Assembly (NCBI GenBank): GCA_008690995.1
Contig: VRMN01000006.1
Coordinates: forward strand, 62,001 to 126,000
From: Porphyridium purpureum
Lineage: Eukaryota
DNA: 64,000 nt
Direction: 5' to 3'
The position numbers and the translations under genes are program-made. This document shows, one piece after another, positions 36,282 to 48,872 of the stretch (positions are counted from its first letter, which is position 1; every line of letters starts with the position of its first letter). Below the pieces are notes generated by a model that did not search any database, was not told the DNA's origin, and saw only the letters and a program-made list of their open reading frames with translations.

Positions 36282-36448
36282 TCGGCTTATTCGCTTATCC
36301 GTTTATCCGTTTATCCGTTTATCCGTTTATCCTTTTATCTGCTTGTCCGTTCATCGGTTTCTTACCTTATTGACTTATTGGCTTATCGGCTTATCGGCTT
36401 ATCGGCTTGTCGGCTTGTCGGCTTGTCGGCTTGTCGGCTTGTCGGCTT
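36282..36448. repeat. 8-bp tandem arrays (TTATCCGT, TTATCGGC, TTGTCGGC)
   Basis: Directly visible. Confidence 0.9.
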
Positions 36449-37937
36449 ACAGGGTGGGTACAGTGAGGACATTGTGTCGAGAGGCAGGCGGAGTCAACGC
36501 ATGGGCCACGAAAGTCTGGAGTGTTCCGGGGCGTCAGAGGCTCTGCGACGGTGATGATCGGCTTTGCGGGCCTCATCCAGGATACGAAACTGCATATCGC
36601 GCACTTTGGCTGCGTCATTTGGCCGTAAATCGAGAATATCTGTTTCATGCTGGGTCGGCAGATGTTGCACATCGCCGAGGTTTCCGCAAGCGCCCCTGAT
36701 AGCGGAAAAAGGCTTCAATCAACTCCTCTTGAGTGCGGCACGAGCTTGCACCTCTATCTCGGGGCCTTGAATCACCGGAATGTGCTCGTCTGGAATCGGC
36801 ACCAGAAAAGGCAAACTCATGGGGAAAAGGATACAGCGACGCAGCGTACAGCCAGTGGCAACCAGTTAAAAATACCCGCTGGTCGTTACTTTTACTGAGA
36901 AAACATGGTGAGTTTAGTATACATTCGTAGAAGCCGAGGTTTTGTACTCGAAGGAAAAGTGACAAACGATTAAAAACAGAGGAAGTTCAGAGAGTTTACC
37001 GCAACAATGAAGAGTAAAAGCGAGTTTGAAAAGCGCCACGTCCTTCATTGGCCCAAGACCTTTCCAATTGTTATCCGTTCGACCCCAGTCACCTAGAACG
37101 GTTCGGTTAATCCGAAACCGGTAAGCCGTTAAACCGGTAGACCGTTTAACCGTTTCTAGAAGCTTCTAGAGGTTCCAGAACCTTCTAGACGCGCGCAGAA
37201 ATGCCAATGGTTTGCATTGTCATTTCTCTTGGCGCCTTGCTGTCCCTGGCGGAAGTAAGGGTATAAAAAGGCGACGCGCCTGCCCGGACTAGCCGGTCAG
37301 GTCTTGCTCGGAGAGAGAAGAGGTAAGAAGAAGACGCAGAGAGTAAAAAAAGGCACAGCATTGGTAACATTTGGTATCATCGCTGGTTACCTGGGGTTGC
37401 TCTAAGGTTCTCTTAGAGTTTCTCTGGGGTTGCCTGGGTGGGAGAGTCTGCGGGTAAGGGGGTTCGAGTAAGTCGATCCGGAGGGTGCGACGGGTGGAAG
37501 CGGGTCTCAGTCTTGGCTGTACGATAGGCCTAGGCCTTGACGGCGGACTCGCTCTCTGCCTTAGCACGTATTAGTAGGCAAGAGCCGTAACGGTCAGCCT
37601 TCACTAGGATTCATCTTAGTGTCGCACGACCACCTTTGCGAAGGTAGGCGCCGAACACCTCCATACAAGATCGCATCTATAATCCCCGCCCCAGTGCAAA
37701 GGCCCGGGCCGCTCCCCATCCAGCGCAACAGAGGAGGATTGCTGTGTGCTTTGTTGTGTGTGCGTGAGCGGATTGCTGTGCGTGTGTGTGAGTGAGAGGA
37801 CTGCTTCGTGTGTCGGTTCGTGTTCGTGAGGGCAATCGAAGCCCGTTCGTGTTGCGCGCAGCTGTTCGAGAGTGTGAGCAGCGGAGACTCGCTGTTTGTG
37901 TCGTTGTCGTCGTTGAGTGTGCTTGTTTCCAGAAAGC

Positions 37938-38744
37938 ATGGAGATTGATTCGGAGACGCTGGGACCACGTGGCCCGAAGGAGGCCCGTCTGATGAGGTTC
38001 GACGGGAAGAGGGACCTTCTGGTTGTGAAGACGTGGTTGTTCCAGGCGAGAAAGAAGATCTTGGGCCGGCTGTTGGAGAGCATCCACCCGGACGATTTGG
38101 AGAAACGTCTGCTTGCGGAGAGGCGTGCTGTGGACTTGGCATCAGACTACTTCGAGGGAGAGGCGCTTCATTGGTGGGTTCTAAACTGCGAACGCTACCC
38201 GCAGGAGATCCCCACGACGTGGAATGATTTTGCTGCCCTCGTCAGTGCTCGGTTCACGCCGCAGGATTCGATCAGGCGTGCAAGGGACAAGTTGACGCGT
38301 CTTTCGCAGAAAGGCCCGGCCCATGCGTATGTGGCGGCTTTTCAGGACGCGGCACTTGTGATTCCGGACTTGTCGGACGCAGAAATGATGGACCGCTTTG
38401 TGAGGGGTCTGAAGCCCGAGGTCCGCTTGGAAGTGTACAAGCGAGGAGTGAGTACGTTCGCGGAGGCTGCGCAGGTGGCGGTGGTCGTGGATGACGCCAT
38501 TCATGCGACTCGCGGCGTGCGTGATTCAAGTGTGAGGACGCCATTTTTCGGTCGCGCAGCGCAGGAAGGACCCGTCCCGATGGAGCTGGGACATGTGCAG
38601 GGTCAGAGGCGTGCTCGTACCGAGGTCATGTGCTGGAATTGTGGAAAGCTGGGACACATCGCCAGGAAGTGTCCCGAGGCAAGGAAGACTATCCAGCAGC
38701 TGGAAGGAGACTCGCCGGAGTCAAAAAACGAGGAGCTCGAGTAG
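37938..38744 (+). CDS. gag: Element D2 Gag
   Basis: Nearly identical to the D1 Gag. Confidence 0.92.
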   Translation: MEIDSETLGPRGPKEARLMRFDGKRDLLVVKTWLFQARKKILGRLLESIHPDDLEKRLLAERRAVDLASDYFEGEALHWWVLNCERYPQEIPTTWNDFAALVSARFTPQDSIRRARDKLTRLSQKGPAHAYVAAFQDAALVIPDLSDAEMMDRFVRGLKPEVRLEVYKRGVSTFAEAAQVAVVVDDAIHATRGVRDSSVRTPFFGRAAQEGPVPMELGHVQGQRRARTEVMCWNCGKLGHIARKCPEARKTIQQLEGDSPESKNEELE

Positions 38745-41700
38745 AGAGGTTCCTCGGACAGTCAGAGGGAAAGGAGGCTCGCAGACGTTACGAGACCTCT
38801 AGGGGCGGCAATGAAGACCGCTGTGGTGGCCTTGGTAAGCCAAGGTCTGGCTGTCCGACACCTTGTGGGCGAAACTCGAGCGCAAATCAGCCCGTGATCA
38901 AGGAACTTGGAGGAATGGGAGCTGCCATGCTTCTTCGAGTTCGAGGAAAAGTGCACAAGTCCGACGGAGAGGCCACGTTTTTGATCGACAGTGGCGCGAC
39001 GGACAACTTTATGAGCGTGGACTTTGTGCTGAAATCCGACGGCCTGAAGCAGAAGGCGTCGTGGAAGAGAGATCATGTGACCCTGGCAGACGGGTCTGTA
39101 TTGGAGACAGCCGGAGAAGTTTCCAATGTCAAGTTTACACTGAGCGATGGGTACTCAGGAACCGCTAACTTTGCCATTTGCCGGATCGCGGGACAAGACG
39201 CAATTCTGGGCATGGAGTGGCTGAAGCGGGAGAACCCAGTGATTGATTGGCAGTCTGGCATGTTGGCCTACGGAGAGAAGAGGGCCTGGAGCATGACGCA
39301 GATGCTGGTGCCGCGGAAAGAGCTCCGTCGGCTGTTGAAGAGTCAGGAGGTAGAAGAGTGCTACCTCGGCGTGCTGAAAGGAAGGGAAGAGCCCTGTTCA
39401 GTGGAGCGCAAAGAAGCTGACTCTGTGAAGAAGATGCTCAATGATTTCGAAAATCTGTTCGAGGAGCCGCGAGGGCTGCCTGAGAGCCGAACAGTGGAGC
39501 ATGTGATTAGGCTGAAAGATGAAAAGCCTGTGAGAGTGGGCAGGGTCTACCGACTGAGCCCTGCGGAGTTGAAAGTCCTCCGAGAGACTTTGGATGACTT
39601 GCTGGACAAAGGATTCGTCCAGCCGAGTCAGAGCCCGTTTGGAGCACCCGTGCTGCTCGTGAAGAAGAAAGACGGCAGCATGAGGATGTGCGTCGATTAT
39701 CGGGCGTTGAACGACGCAACTGTGAAGGACCGGTATCCGTTGCCAAACATGGATGAGTTGCTGGATCGACTGGGCGCAGCTCATTGTTTTTCAAAGTTGG
39801 ATTTGGCATCGGGATACCACCAGTTGCGTGTTCGGAGAGAGGACGTGCCGAAGACCGCGTTCCAGACCAGGTACGGACAGTTCGAGTTCCGTGTGATGCC
39901 GTTTGGTCTTTGCAACGCGCCGGCAACTTTCAGAGGGCCATGAACGAGCTGTTTGCAGATCTGCTGGACAAGACCGTCATTGTCTACTTGGACGATATTT
40001 TGGTCTTTACCAAGGATAGGCAGTCGCATGCTGAGGTCCTGAAGGAAGTGTTGTCGCGCTTGCAAAAGGCGGGGTATCGTTTGAAGCGCAAGAAGTGCAG
40101 CTTCTTCGTTTCTGAAGTCGAATACCTGGGGAACATTGTGGGAAACGGTTGCGTGAAGATGGATCCACGGAAGGTGGAAGCTTTGAGAGATTGGCCAGTG
40201 CCAAAGACGGTGACAGAGTTGAGATCCTTTTTGGGAATGACAAACTGGTTTCGCAGGTTTGTCAAAGGATACTCTACCGTCGTGGCGCCGCTGACTTCGC
40301 TGTTGCAGAACGCAAAGTCGAAGAAGCAGCTGATCGAACTGGGGGATGAAGGCAAGTCGGCCTTCAAGAAGATTGTCGGGATGTTGACGGAAGCGCCGGT
40401 GTTGGCCTTGCCAGACCCTGAAAAGCCATTTGAGGTGTACACGGACCGCTCTGAAGTCGCGGTGGGGGGATGGCTGGCACAGGAAGGCAGACCGGTCGCG
40501 TTTACGTCAAGGAAGCTGCTGGACCGAGAGACCAGGTACAGCAGTTATGAAGGTGAGCTCATGGCCGTCATTCACTGTCTGCGAGAGTTTCGACCTTATC
40601 TATACGGAGCAAAGTTTGTGCTGCATACAGATCATGAGGCGTTGAAACATTTGATGACGCAGAAGGAGCTGAATGGCCGGCAAGCACGGTGGCTGGACTT
40701 TTTAGCCGAGTTTGATATCATAATCGACTATGTGAAGGGAAAGTCGAACGTGGTAGCCGATGCTTTGTCGAGGAAGCCAGAGTTACATGCGCTAGAGTAC
40801 CAGGTTCGATGTGATGAATTTGGTACGAGTTTCCAAGCATTCGTGGGTTCGTACTCGAGTGACCCAGACTTTGGTACTTTGATGGGTAATTTACCGACCC
40901 ACCAGGGTTTTCGAACCGAAGCTGGGCTCTTGTACTTGAGGAATCGCGTTTGCGTGCCGAGGAAGTTCAGAGAGCGTGTCATGCAACTCCACCACGATAT
41001 CCCGACAGCAGGACACCGTGGGGCAGACACGACGTATGCATCTTTGATCACTCGCTTCTACTGGCCAAAGATGAAGCGAGACGTGAGCCGTTTTGTGAAG
41101 ACTTGTCATGCATGCCAAGTGACAAAGTCAGAGAATCGGTCGTTTGGAAAGCTGAAGCCCTTGTCGATCCCAGAAGGACCTTGGGTCGACATCTCGATGG
41201 ACTTCGTGACGGAGCTGCCTCGGAGCGAAGGCAGCTGTGATGCAATCATGACTGTGGTGGATCGCTATTCGAAGATGGCGCTGTTTATCCCGACGCGCAA
41301 GGACTTGACAGCAAAGCGTTGCGCTGACTTGTTCGTGAAGCACGTCGTGAGCCGCTTCGGATACCCCAAGTCGATTGTATCGGACCGAGATCCGCTGTTT
41401 ACGTCAACATTTTGGCAGCAGCTGAGCAAGCGGGTGGGCATGAAGTTGGCAATGTCTACCGCCAACCACCCGCAGACAGATGGCCAAACTGAGCGAGTGA
41501 ACCGCGTGATTCGGGAAATGCTCAAGTTAATGGCGACGAATAGTGGCTGGGTGCGAGACTTGCCGTTGTACGAGTTTGCGTACAACTCTGCACCAAGCAG
41601 TGCCACTGGATTCGCGCCGTTCAAAGTGGTATATGGAAGGGATCCTTGGTTTCCACCGAGCGAAGGGTGGAGGCCTGCGCGCGACGGACAGACAAAGGAC

Positions 41701-42120
41701 ATGGCGGAGCACTGGTTTCGCCTGTGCAAAGTCCATGAAGAAGTCCGCGACAATTTGATCGAAGCCCAGGGGAGAATGCAGAAGTTCTTCGATCGACGCA
41801 AGGATGCCCGGGAGTTTCAAGTTGGTGATCAAGTGTTGGTCACGGCGCCGCAACTGCGGCCGAACAAGAGTGATTTGGAGGCACCAAAGTTTCTTGGTCC
41901 GGTGCCTGTCATTGAGAAGGTAAGCTCGCATGCTTACCGAGTGGTTTTGCCTGAGGGTGTGGCTTGTCATGATGTTTTTCCGATCCAACATCTGAAGCCA
42001 TACTATGGACGCGAAGACTACATGGCAGGGGAAAATGATGAAGAAGTACCCGACGAAATGCCGGCGTCCGATTCTGAGCCAGACTTGTTGAAAATTATCG
42101 AAGAGTCTGACTCTGAATGA
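38723..42120 (+). pseudogene. pol: Element D2 Pol with a 1-nt deletion in RT near 39927
   Basis: GCAACTTTCAG here versus GCAACGTTTCAG in D1 splits the ORF. Confidence 0.9.
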
Positions 42121-42545
42121 CTTGGGTATTGTGAGAAGTTTGCTAGGCAGAGGTTTTCTCCCGGAGCGCGGGTTCCTCGAGCCAAGAATGCAACTTAGTT
42201 TGAAGTCTCGCCGAGACGTCGAGCCAAGAGGGGGGGAGATGTTATCCGTTCGACCCCAGTCACCTAGAACGGTTCGGTTAATCCGAAACCGGTAAGCCGT
42301 TAAACCGGTAGACCGTTTAACCGTTTCTAGAAGCTTCTAGAGGTTCCAGAACCTTCTAGACGCGCGCAGAAATGCCAATGGTTTGCATTGTCATTTCTCT
42401 TGGCGCCTTGCTGTCCCTGGCGGAAGTAAGGGTATAAAAAGGCGACGCGCCTGCCCGGACTAGCCGGTCAGGTCTTGCTCGGAGAGAGAAGAGGTAAGAA
42501 GAAGACGCAGAGAGTAAAAAAAGGCACAGCATTGGTAACACCAAT

Positions 42546-43713
42546 GATTCCCTTTGACACACTCTCACACGAGCCTGTGACGCAGGAGCCCTCCATCTTT
42601 GTCTGGGCGTCCTCATCTGCCTTTCGCAGCTCCTTCACGTTATCAAAATGCTGTCATTTACTGCAAACGTGGCGTCTTGCATGTACTCGCACATGGTCAA
42701 TTGAACCCAGGTCTCGCGGGAGCGCAGGACTATCTCTAGCCTCCACATATTTGCTTTTCAATCGGTACCAGGTTCGCTCGGCACTGAGGCACGCTGCATA
42801 GAGCTACATAAATATGAATCAAGTACGCTATTTTCCGGCTCTCACAGTCACCCGGAATGTGTCCAACATGTTCATGTTTCTTGTGCTCCTCTCAACAGGG
42901 ACACGATAGTCGCATGCGAAGGAAAGATCTAGATTTTCGGATGCACTTGTCACTCCCCATACATCAAGCTGTGTGCACCACAAATACGGATGAAATGCTT
43001 GACTGGCGTAATCTCTGGCCCTACGGAAGAGAAGGTTAAGTCATCAGGACCCTCCAATTTGAGCATTTTAGGTCTGTAAATAATACGTGCAACACTTCCT
43101 CTGTTTTCAGGAGTAAAAACGACTCATTCATTTCGTTTGTATCCATGACACTTCTCCAAAACTGGTACGGTCGTTTTCGTCTCGCACGTGCGCTTATTTC
43201 TGGTTGCAAGTCCGGGGCGTTGCGCTGAAATTGGCTCCGCACATGCTGCTTGCCCTTGTGTGCGCACCAGAAGCGCACCAGGAGAAGGCCTTGCTTCGGG
43301 ACAGTTTCAAGCTGTGGGTGCGGTTTGGATGTTATTCTTGCTTCATTCTGATCGGGTGTCCGTTTGCTGCATGTTTTGAGGCTATTCAAATACGTTCACA
43401 CTTGTACAACGGAGCAAAATCATGATGGTCGGTTCGCGATCACCCGCATCATGCATTCCTCCGTATCCACGCCACCAATCATACCGGGCTCTCGTCCACT
43501 GAAAAACATTGATGTGCTCCTGCTGAAACCGCGCTGCGCGCTCCAGTCCATGCTCTATGACCCCTGTGATATGTGTTTGACTGCACCGTTTTTATTCGTT
43601 TGGACGCTCGCACAGGTCACCGAAAGGTCGACCTTCAATTCTATTCTAAAATTACCTAATTTCATAGAAAATGTGCAAAACAGCGTGTGTTTTTAATTGA
43701 TTGTCTCGCACTG
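42546..43713 (-). mobile_element. Highly degenerate Tc1-like element into which D2 inserted (continues left of 37064)
   Basis: Minus-strand translation gives DSPALPRDLGSIDHV...HFDNVKELRKA...ESVSKGII, resembling the Tc1 WPxxSPDLNPIE C-terminus, and FWRSVMDTNE. Terminus CACTG-TA at 43709-43715. Confidence 0.6.
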
Positions 43714-45044
43714 TACACCCCGGTCATATGGGTTTCCCATTGTTCACAATACTTTGTTCGTTTGGGGCTGGCCGGCGGTCGTTTTCCGTGATTTCCTCGC
43801 CCGGTTTCCCGCGTGGTTTTTCTCCGGGCCAGCTAGCCTCCCTTTCCTTTCTTCCCTGTCCCCGAGCACACACAAGCGATTGAGGCGGTGGGGGAGATGT
43901 GCTATACTATACACCCATTGCACTGTACACACGGAGCTCTTGTACGCCATAGTCCAGTCCACCCTCCAAACCCCTATCCTAACTCACTACATAGTTAGAT
44001 CCAGGGCTTTGAGGCAGTATGTAATCCGCGTTGTTGTGTGGTTGGCGCTAAAAGCGTCGTTAATAGCCCCGGACAGAATAAAAGACCGAAGAACCCCCAA
44101 GGCTCACCACACGTGCCTGGCGGCGAGAGGGACTGTTGCGGGGGCCTAGCGATTGGATCACGGGTGCATCCGCATCAGCCGATTATACCAAGCCATTATC
44201 TGAGGCCTTTTTGCGCCAGAGTCCCTTTTAGTCTTCTTCTTGTGCCGGTGCCTACTCTTCCTTTTCGTATTCTCGTTCTATATGTATATAGTGTTGCATC
44301 GGTATGAGCTATTCGGTGGTACACCTCGCGTCACTTGTGACAAAAAGAACAAGTAGAGGTATAGAAGTGCGAGGAGAGGTTGTTAGTGTGCCGTTGGTGT
44401 CGGTGTTCGATTCGGGTGGGTGCGTGTAAGTGAGAAAGGGGTTTAGTGGCTGCGGGTGTAGTACATGGCACTACGGCCTACTCAGGACACACCGAGGGCC
44501 ACGCCGGCAACACACACAAAGACAAAACGAAATACCACTCCACTCTCTCTTGTCTCTCTTGTTTTCAAATTAAGAAAGCCCTCGAGAAGCGGCGACCCTT
44601 GTACTGAAGCAGGAGTCTAAAGATCACTGTCATCCCTCATTTATACTGAGGATTATCGCTGTACGTGGTGGCAGAGCGATCGGGTAGCAAATGGTTTATT
44701 GCTCAGCTATGTCGAGGTGCGTTCTTTCGTCCACAAAATTCACATGTGACGGGGTTTCTAATGCATATCACGGACAGAATCGACAGCGCGCATTCAAGTC
44801 ACTTTGTCATTCACGCTCAACTTTTGGTAAATCAAGAAACGAGATTCTCAGTACCCATGCTGAGCACAGGTCTTGCGTTGAGAGTCTATTCAGTTGCTGC
44901 CCTGGCAGGGAATGAAGACTCTTCTTCACGGATTGGATACTGAATTGTTCTGTACGACAAGGATGGAGATGACGCTGCTTTTCCGTGGACTTCAAAGAAG
45001 ACCCGCCGAGTGGTGGGAAGTGTGCTTGGTGGTTAAATTGACGC

Positions 45045-45425
45045 ATGAGTGATGTATTCGATGCACGCGCGTACGTCAAAGAATCATTGCGTGCATTCCG
45101 GGACGTGGTCAAATCTGAGCTGTCTACTGAGTGTCGATGCATATTTGACTCGGTATCAACCAGGACGGTGGTCACTGGAAAGTGGCTAGACTTGAATCTT
45201 GCCGTCATACGTGTAGCTATTCAGCGTAAAGAAGTAGCCAAAATCTGCTGGATAAAAGGCAAAGATAGATTGACAGGCGGGTTGATGAAACTGGAATGCA
45301 AGCAAAATCTGGTACGCTTCCTGCAAATAGGACGTGTGCTGAGGCATGCGAAGCAGGAAATCAAGCAAGCACCATCAAGGGCAGAGTGTTCTATTTGGTC
45401 TCTCTTGCATCATTGGAAATTTTAA
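45045..45425 (+). pseudogene. GalEa-like Copia RNase H C-terminal relic
   Basis: LDLNLAVIR...ICWIKGKDRLTGGLMK. PBS-like TGGTGGCAGAGCG at about 44666 and PPT-like AAGGGCAGAG-TG at about 45377. Confidence 0.6.
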
Positions 45426-46302
45426 TGCAAAGACTTGTTACTGCGCCCCGTCGATTGTAAACTAACGAAGAGTTCGGCAGAACTTACCAAGGTTGTATCC
45501 AGTACTCCTGCAGAAATGGATACAAAAGAGCAAGTATTGACAACTGGTATTGCAGTGTTTGAGAATCGCTCGTGGATGTGATAGCATATTTTCTTGGTCT
45601 ACATGAGGGGTATTCGTACAGAGTACTGGGATTTTAAGAAAATTGTCTCGTGTTTGAGCGCGCGTGTCCACGCAGCGGTGTGCAAAGGATATGTCAAATG
45701 ACGGAGACGAGTGCAGGGCACTTTATCCGCAACTGCTCCAACATGGGCACAGAAAGCTGTGCCGTGTCGAAACTTTGGTCAGCAATTTAGCTTTAGGATC
45801 TAGTTCCGAGTAGAGGAGATTGAATAATGAAGAGCAACTATTTTTCTCAATAAATTGGGCTTTCTTTTTCACAGAGTTCGAAGTGCACTTGAGTTATCTC
45901 TCATTGCCATCGATACAGCTACAACATTGATACTCTCGCATGAATGCAGCCAACGGCGGGCTATCCAAAGACCTGCGCAGGAGAAGTGCGCGACAGCTAC
46001 GATGAAAGCGAGAAATAGAAACGTTGGCGATCTCGTGTGCTGCGGGGGTGCAACGGAGAAAAGCCCTCGAGGGCGAAAAAGATGCGGAGTAGCCGCGGCT
46101 ATGCGCGCACTCGCTGGAATGTCGTGCGTACGATGCCTTTAAAGATACGGCGTTCGCCGACGCGCCTCAAGTGCCTTTGTAGCGGAGGAGAACCAAGTAC
46201 ATTCTTCGTGTCAACGCTAGAAGTAGGTCGCATAGGCTAGAAAATTGGGCAGACGCCGGTCATGAGCATTGACTGCTGCGGCTGCGCCAGATTGAGGCAA
46301 GA

Positions 46303-46595
46303 TGTTATCAACCTCCTTTTCCTTTTAATTTTCCTCTCCTTCTTCTTTCCCCTTCGCTACCCCTCTCTCTTCTTCCTCTCTGCCCGCGAGCCTGCTCGCG
46401 GGTCTCCACGTCTTTGTATAGACTGCCGCCCCCTGTTCACCAGCTTTCCGGGTAGCACTGTGAAAAGAATGACAGTGCACCAGCAAGGTTACAGCAAGGC
46501 CACCGCAAGGCCACCGCAAGGCCACAGCAAGGCCACAGCAAGGCCACAGCAACGATCCAGCGAAGACTAGGTATCCGCGGGGCTGGCGGATAACA
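46303..46595 (-). mobile_element. Solo LTR of family C
   Basis: Diverged match to 16295-16555 with TSD CAAGA on both sides. Confidence 0.93.
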
Positions 46596-47303
46596 CAAGA
46601 CGTGCCTGCAAAATGATGAGGAATCTTTGCGAGCGCCAGCAAAGTACAAGACTGGCAGGAACCTGGAAATTGATGAATATTTCCTCCTCAGCTGAGGCCA
46701 AAATTGATGATCCGCGCACGCGCGGATGACGTGTCGAGGTTTCGAATGCGAGGCAGTTTTTCGTCAGAAGTGGGCGTAGATCTGATCAGCTCAAATGAGG
46801 GCGCGCTTGATTCGGGCGGTGCTGCCGCCTTATGGTTTTTTGAAAACAGACGCCACGTTGGAAAGGAGAAGTTGAAGATTGATTCGACGAGGAGGATTCA
46901 ACTGTCCGCACAGGCACGTGTCTCCAAAGCCACAAGCGGGAAGCGGTTTATCGGTTTATCGGATTAAACCGTTCATACGCTCATAGAAATCAACATTTTT
47001 TTCTGTTCAGCTCGATTCGGTTCACTTCCTAAACCTTCGTGACCGTGCAAATTGCGAAATGACAATTCCGGCTTGAGAGTCGGCCGGTCACGCCACACGC
47101 AACGAACGCGGCATCTGCAACGCGCCAGGAGTCCGAGAAATCCCGTGCCTGGGCCAGCTCGGTGGTATACATACTACAAGCATCACCAGGAAAAGCCAGC
47201 GGATAGGAAAAGTTGTCTTATGTCCTGTGGACTGGCCACTGCGGTGTCCTCGGCTTTGCTCACGGTCATGCGGTGCTGAGTAATGCGTGCAAAGCAGCGG
47301 CGG

Positions 47304-48872
47304 CTACTCTTCAAAGAACTTTTGGTGCAGTAATCGTAGAGCCTTTTCACAGTCCTTCTCCTTTGTAATAAAAGAGATGTTGTACTTGCTCGCACCCTGA
47401 CTGATCATCTCCACGTCAATGGCACCCTCCTCCAGGGCGCCCATTGCGTTCGCGAGCACCCAGCTACTGCGCGGTACGTTGGTGACAATACTGATAATGG
47501 CTTTGTTGCGTTCAAATTGCACATTCGCCACTTCGCTCAGCTCTTGTTCTAGCGTGCCGCATGTTCCATCACTTCCGCACGCCTTATCGAGGGTCAGCGA
47601 TATGCTGACTTCGGAGGACGCAATCATGTCCACGCTGATTTGCAGCTGGGCAAATACTTTGAAGACCTCCGCCAAAAAGCCGTACGCTCCTAGCATGCGC
47701 GTTGACACGATATCGACGACCGTGACGCCACGCTTGAGCGATAAAGACGTCACTGGCTTGTCCTTGTTCACGTCACGTGTATTGACGATACGAGTACCAG
47801 GATGATTCGGATTGTACGAGTTCTTCACGCGCACGGGGATCGAGTACTTACGTGCCGGTTGCATGGCCACTGGGTGCAGCACTTTAGCACCAAAGTACGC
47901 CATCTCGCTCGCCTCGTCAAAAGTGACGAGCGGGACCTGCACGACGTCCTTCACGAGCCGCGGATCCGTGCTGAGGATACCGTCGACGTCCTTCCATACC
48001 TGCACTTCGGTGACACCCAGCGCGGCACCAATGGTAGTCGCCGTAAGGTCGCTTCCGCCGCGCCCCAGCGTTGTCACACAGTTCTTTTCGTCCTTGGCTA
48101 TAAAACCCGTTACAATCGCAAGCGTGTTCTCACCCACAAGCCGTTGGAACGCATCCTGGATGAGCCCGTGCGTGCAGCTCAGGAGCTCCGCGTTCGTGTA
48201 GTTCGAGTCTGTTCGAAACCCCAGGTCATATGCGTCAAAATGAACGGCCGGTAACGCCTCGTTGATGCGCAAATGAGCCGCCATGATGCGCACTGACATG
48301 CGCTCACCGTACGACACGAGCTGGTCCTTGGTGCGCGGCGACAGTTCCTTGATAAACTTGATGCCAAGGAGCAGTTGATCGAGATTGCTGAGCAGGGGGT
48401 CCACCAAATCCTCTTTGTTCAGCCCTAATGAGTCACATGCCTCGTAAGCGCGCGTACGGACGGTCGAAATGTCGACGATGCCCTCAAGCAGCGCTTTTTC
48501 TCCGGCAGCCAGCAGCTCGTTTGTGGAGGGTCCCATGGCAGACAGGACAACTACGGGATATTGCTCAGATTTCTCCATCTGCAGTTTGATCAGCTTGGTC
48601 ACCTCACGCAGCCGCTCTGCGTTCGCGAGCGAAGAGCCGCCAAATTTGCACACGACACGCTTCAGCTCCTTTTCCTTCTTTTCATCGACCGGCGTCGTCG
48701 CGCCGTGCTCTACCGCCTGCACCATCATCACGCTTCGGCGGGTAGAAGTGACGCCACATCGCGAGCGCCGCGCGGCACGTGCGACCACGAGCGCGCGGCG
48801 CGCGGTGCGAGGCGTAGTCTCATGCACCGCCACCACCCATCCAACCGCACGCGTGCCTTGCTGCCCCGCCAT
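47304..48872 (-). CDS. lysC: Aspartate kinase (monofunctional, ACT domains), probable plastid transit peptide
   Basis: KFGGSS, VVLSAMG, TTLGRGGSDLTA, WKDVDG, MAYFGAKVLHP, MISQGASK. Start set at the first ATG. Confidence 0.96.
   Translation of the reverse strand: MAGQQGTRAVGWVVAVHETTPRTARRALVVARAARRSRCGVTSTRRSVMMVQAVEHGATTPVDEKKEKELKRVVCKFGGSSLANAERLREVTKLIKLQMEKSEQYPVVVLSAMGPSTNELLAAGEKALLEGIVDISTVRTRAYEACDSLGLNKEDLVDPLLSNLDQLLLGIKFIKELSPRTKDQLVSYGERMSVRIMAAHLRINEALPAVHFDAYDLGFRTDSNYTNAELLSCTHGLIQDAFQRLVGENTLAIVTGFIAKDEKNCVTTLGRGGSDLTATTIGAALGVTEVQVWKDVDGILSTDPRLVKDVVQVPLVTFDEASEMAYFGAKVLHPVAMQPARKYSIPVRVKNSYNPNHPGTRIVNTRDVNKDKPVTSLSLKRGVTVVDIVSTRMLGAYGFLAEVFKVFAQLQISVDMIASSEVSISLTLDKACGSDGTCGTLEQELSEVANVQFERNKAIISIVTNVPRSSWVLANAMGALEEGAIDVEMISQGASKYNISFITKEKDCEKALRLLHQKFFEE

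Larger units (their letters stand above)
37069..42540 (+). mobile_element. Element D2: second full-length copy of family D, inverted relative to D1
   Basis: 301-bp LTRs at 37069-37369 and 42240-42540. TSD CCAAT. PBS at 37372. PPT at about 42227-42239. Confidence 0.96.

Noticed and set aside
36459..36480. TA-CAGTG as the other terminus of the Tc1 relic ending at 43713
   Set aside because: The match to the opposite end is short and imperfect, so it cannot be confirmed.
45850..46960. hAT transposase relic (RTRWN motif near 46107)
   Set aside because: A single short motif with no clear termini is not enough support.
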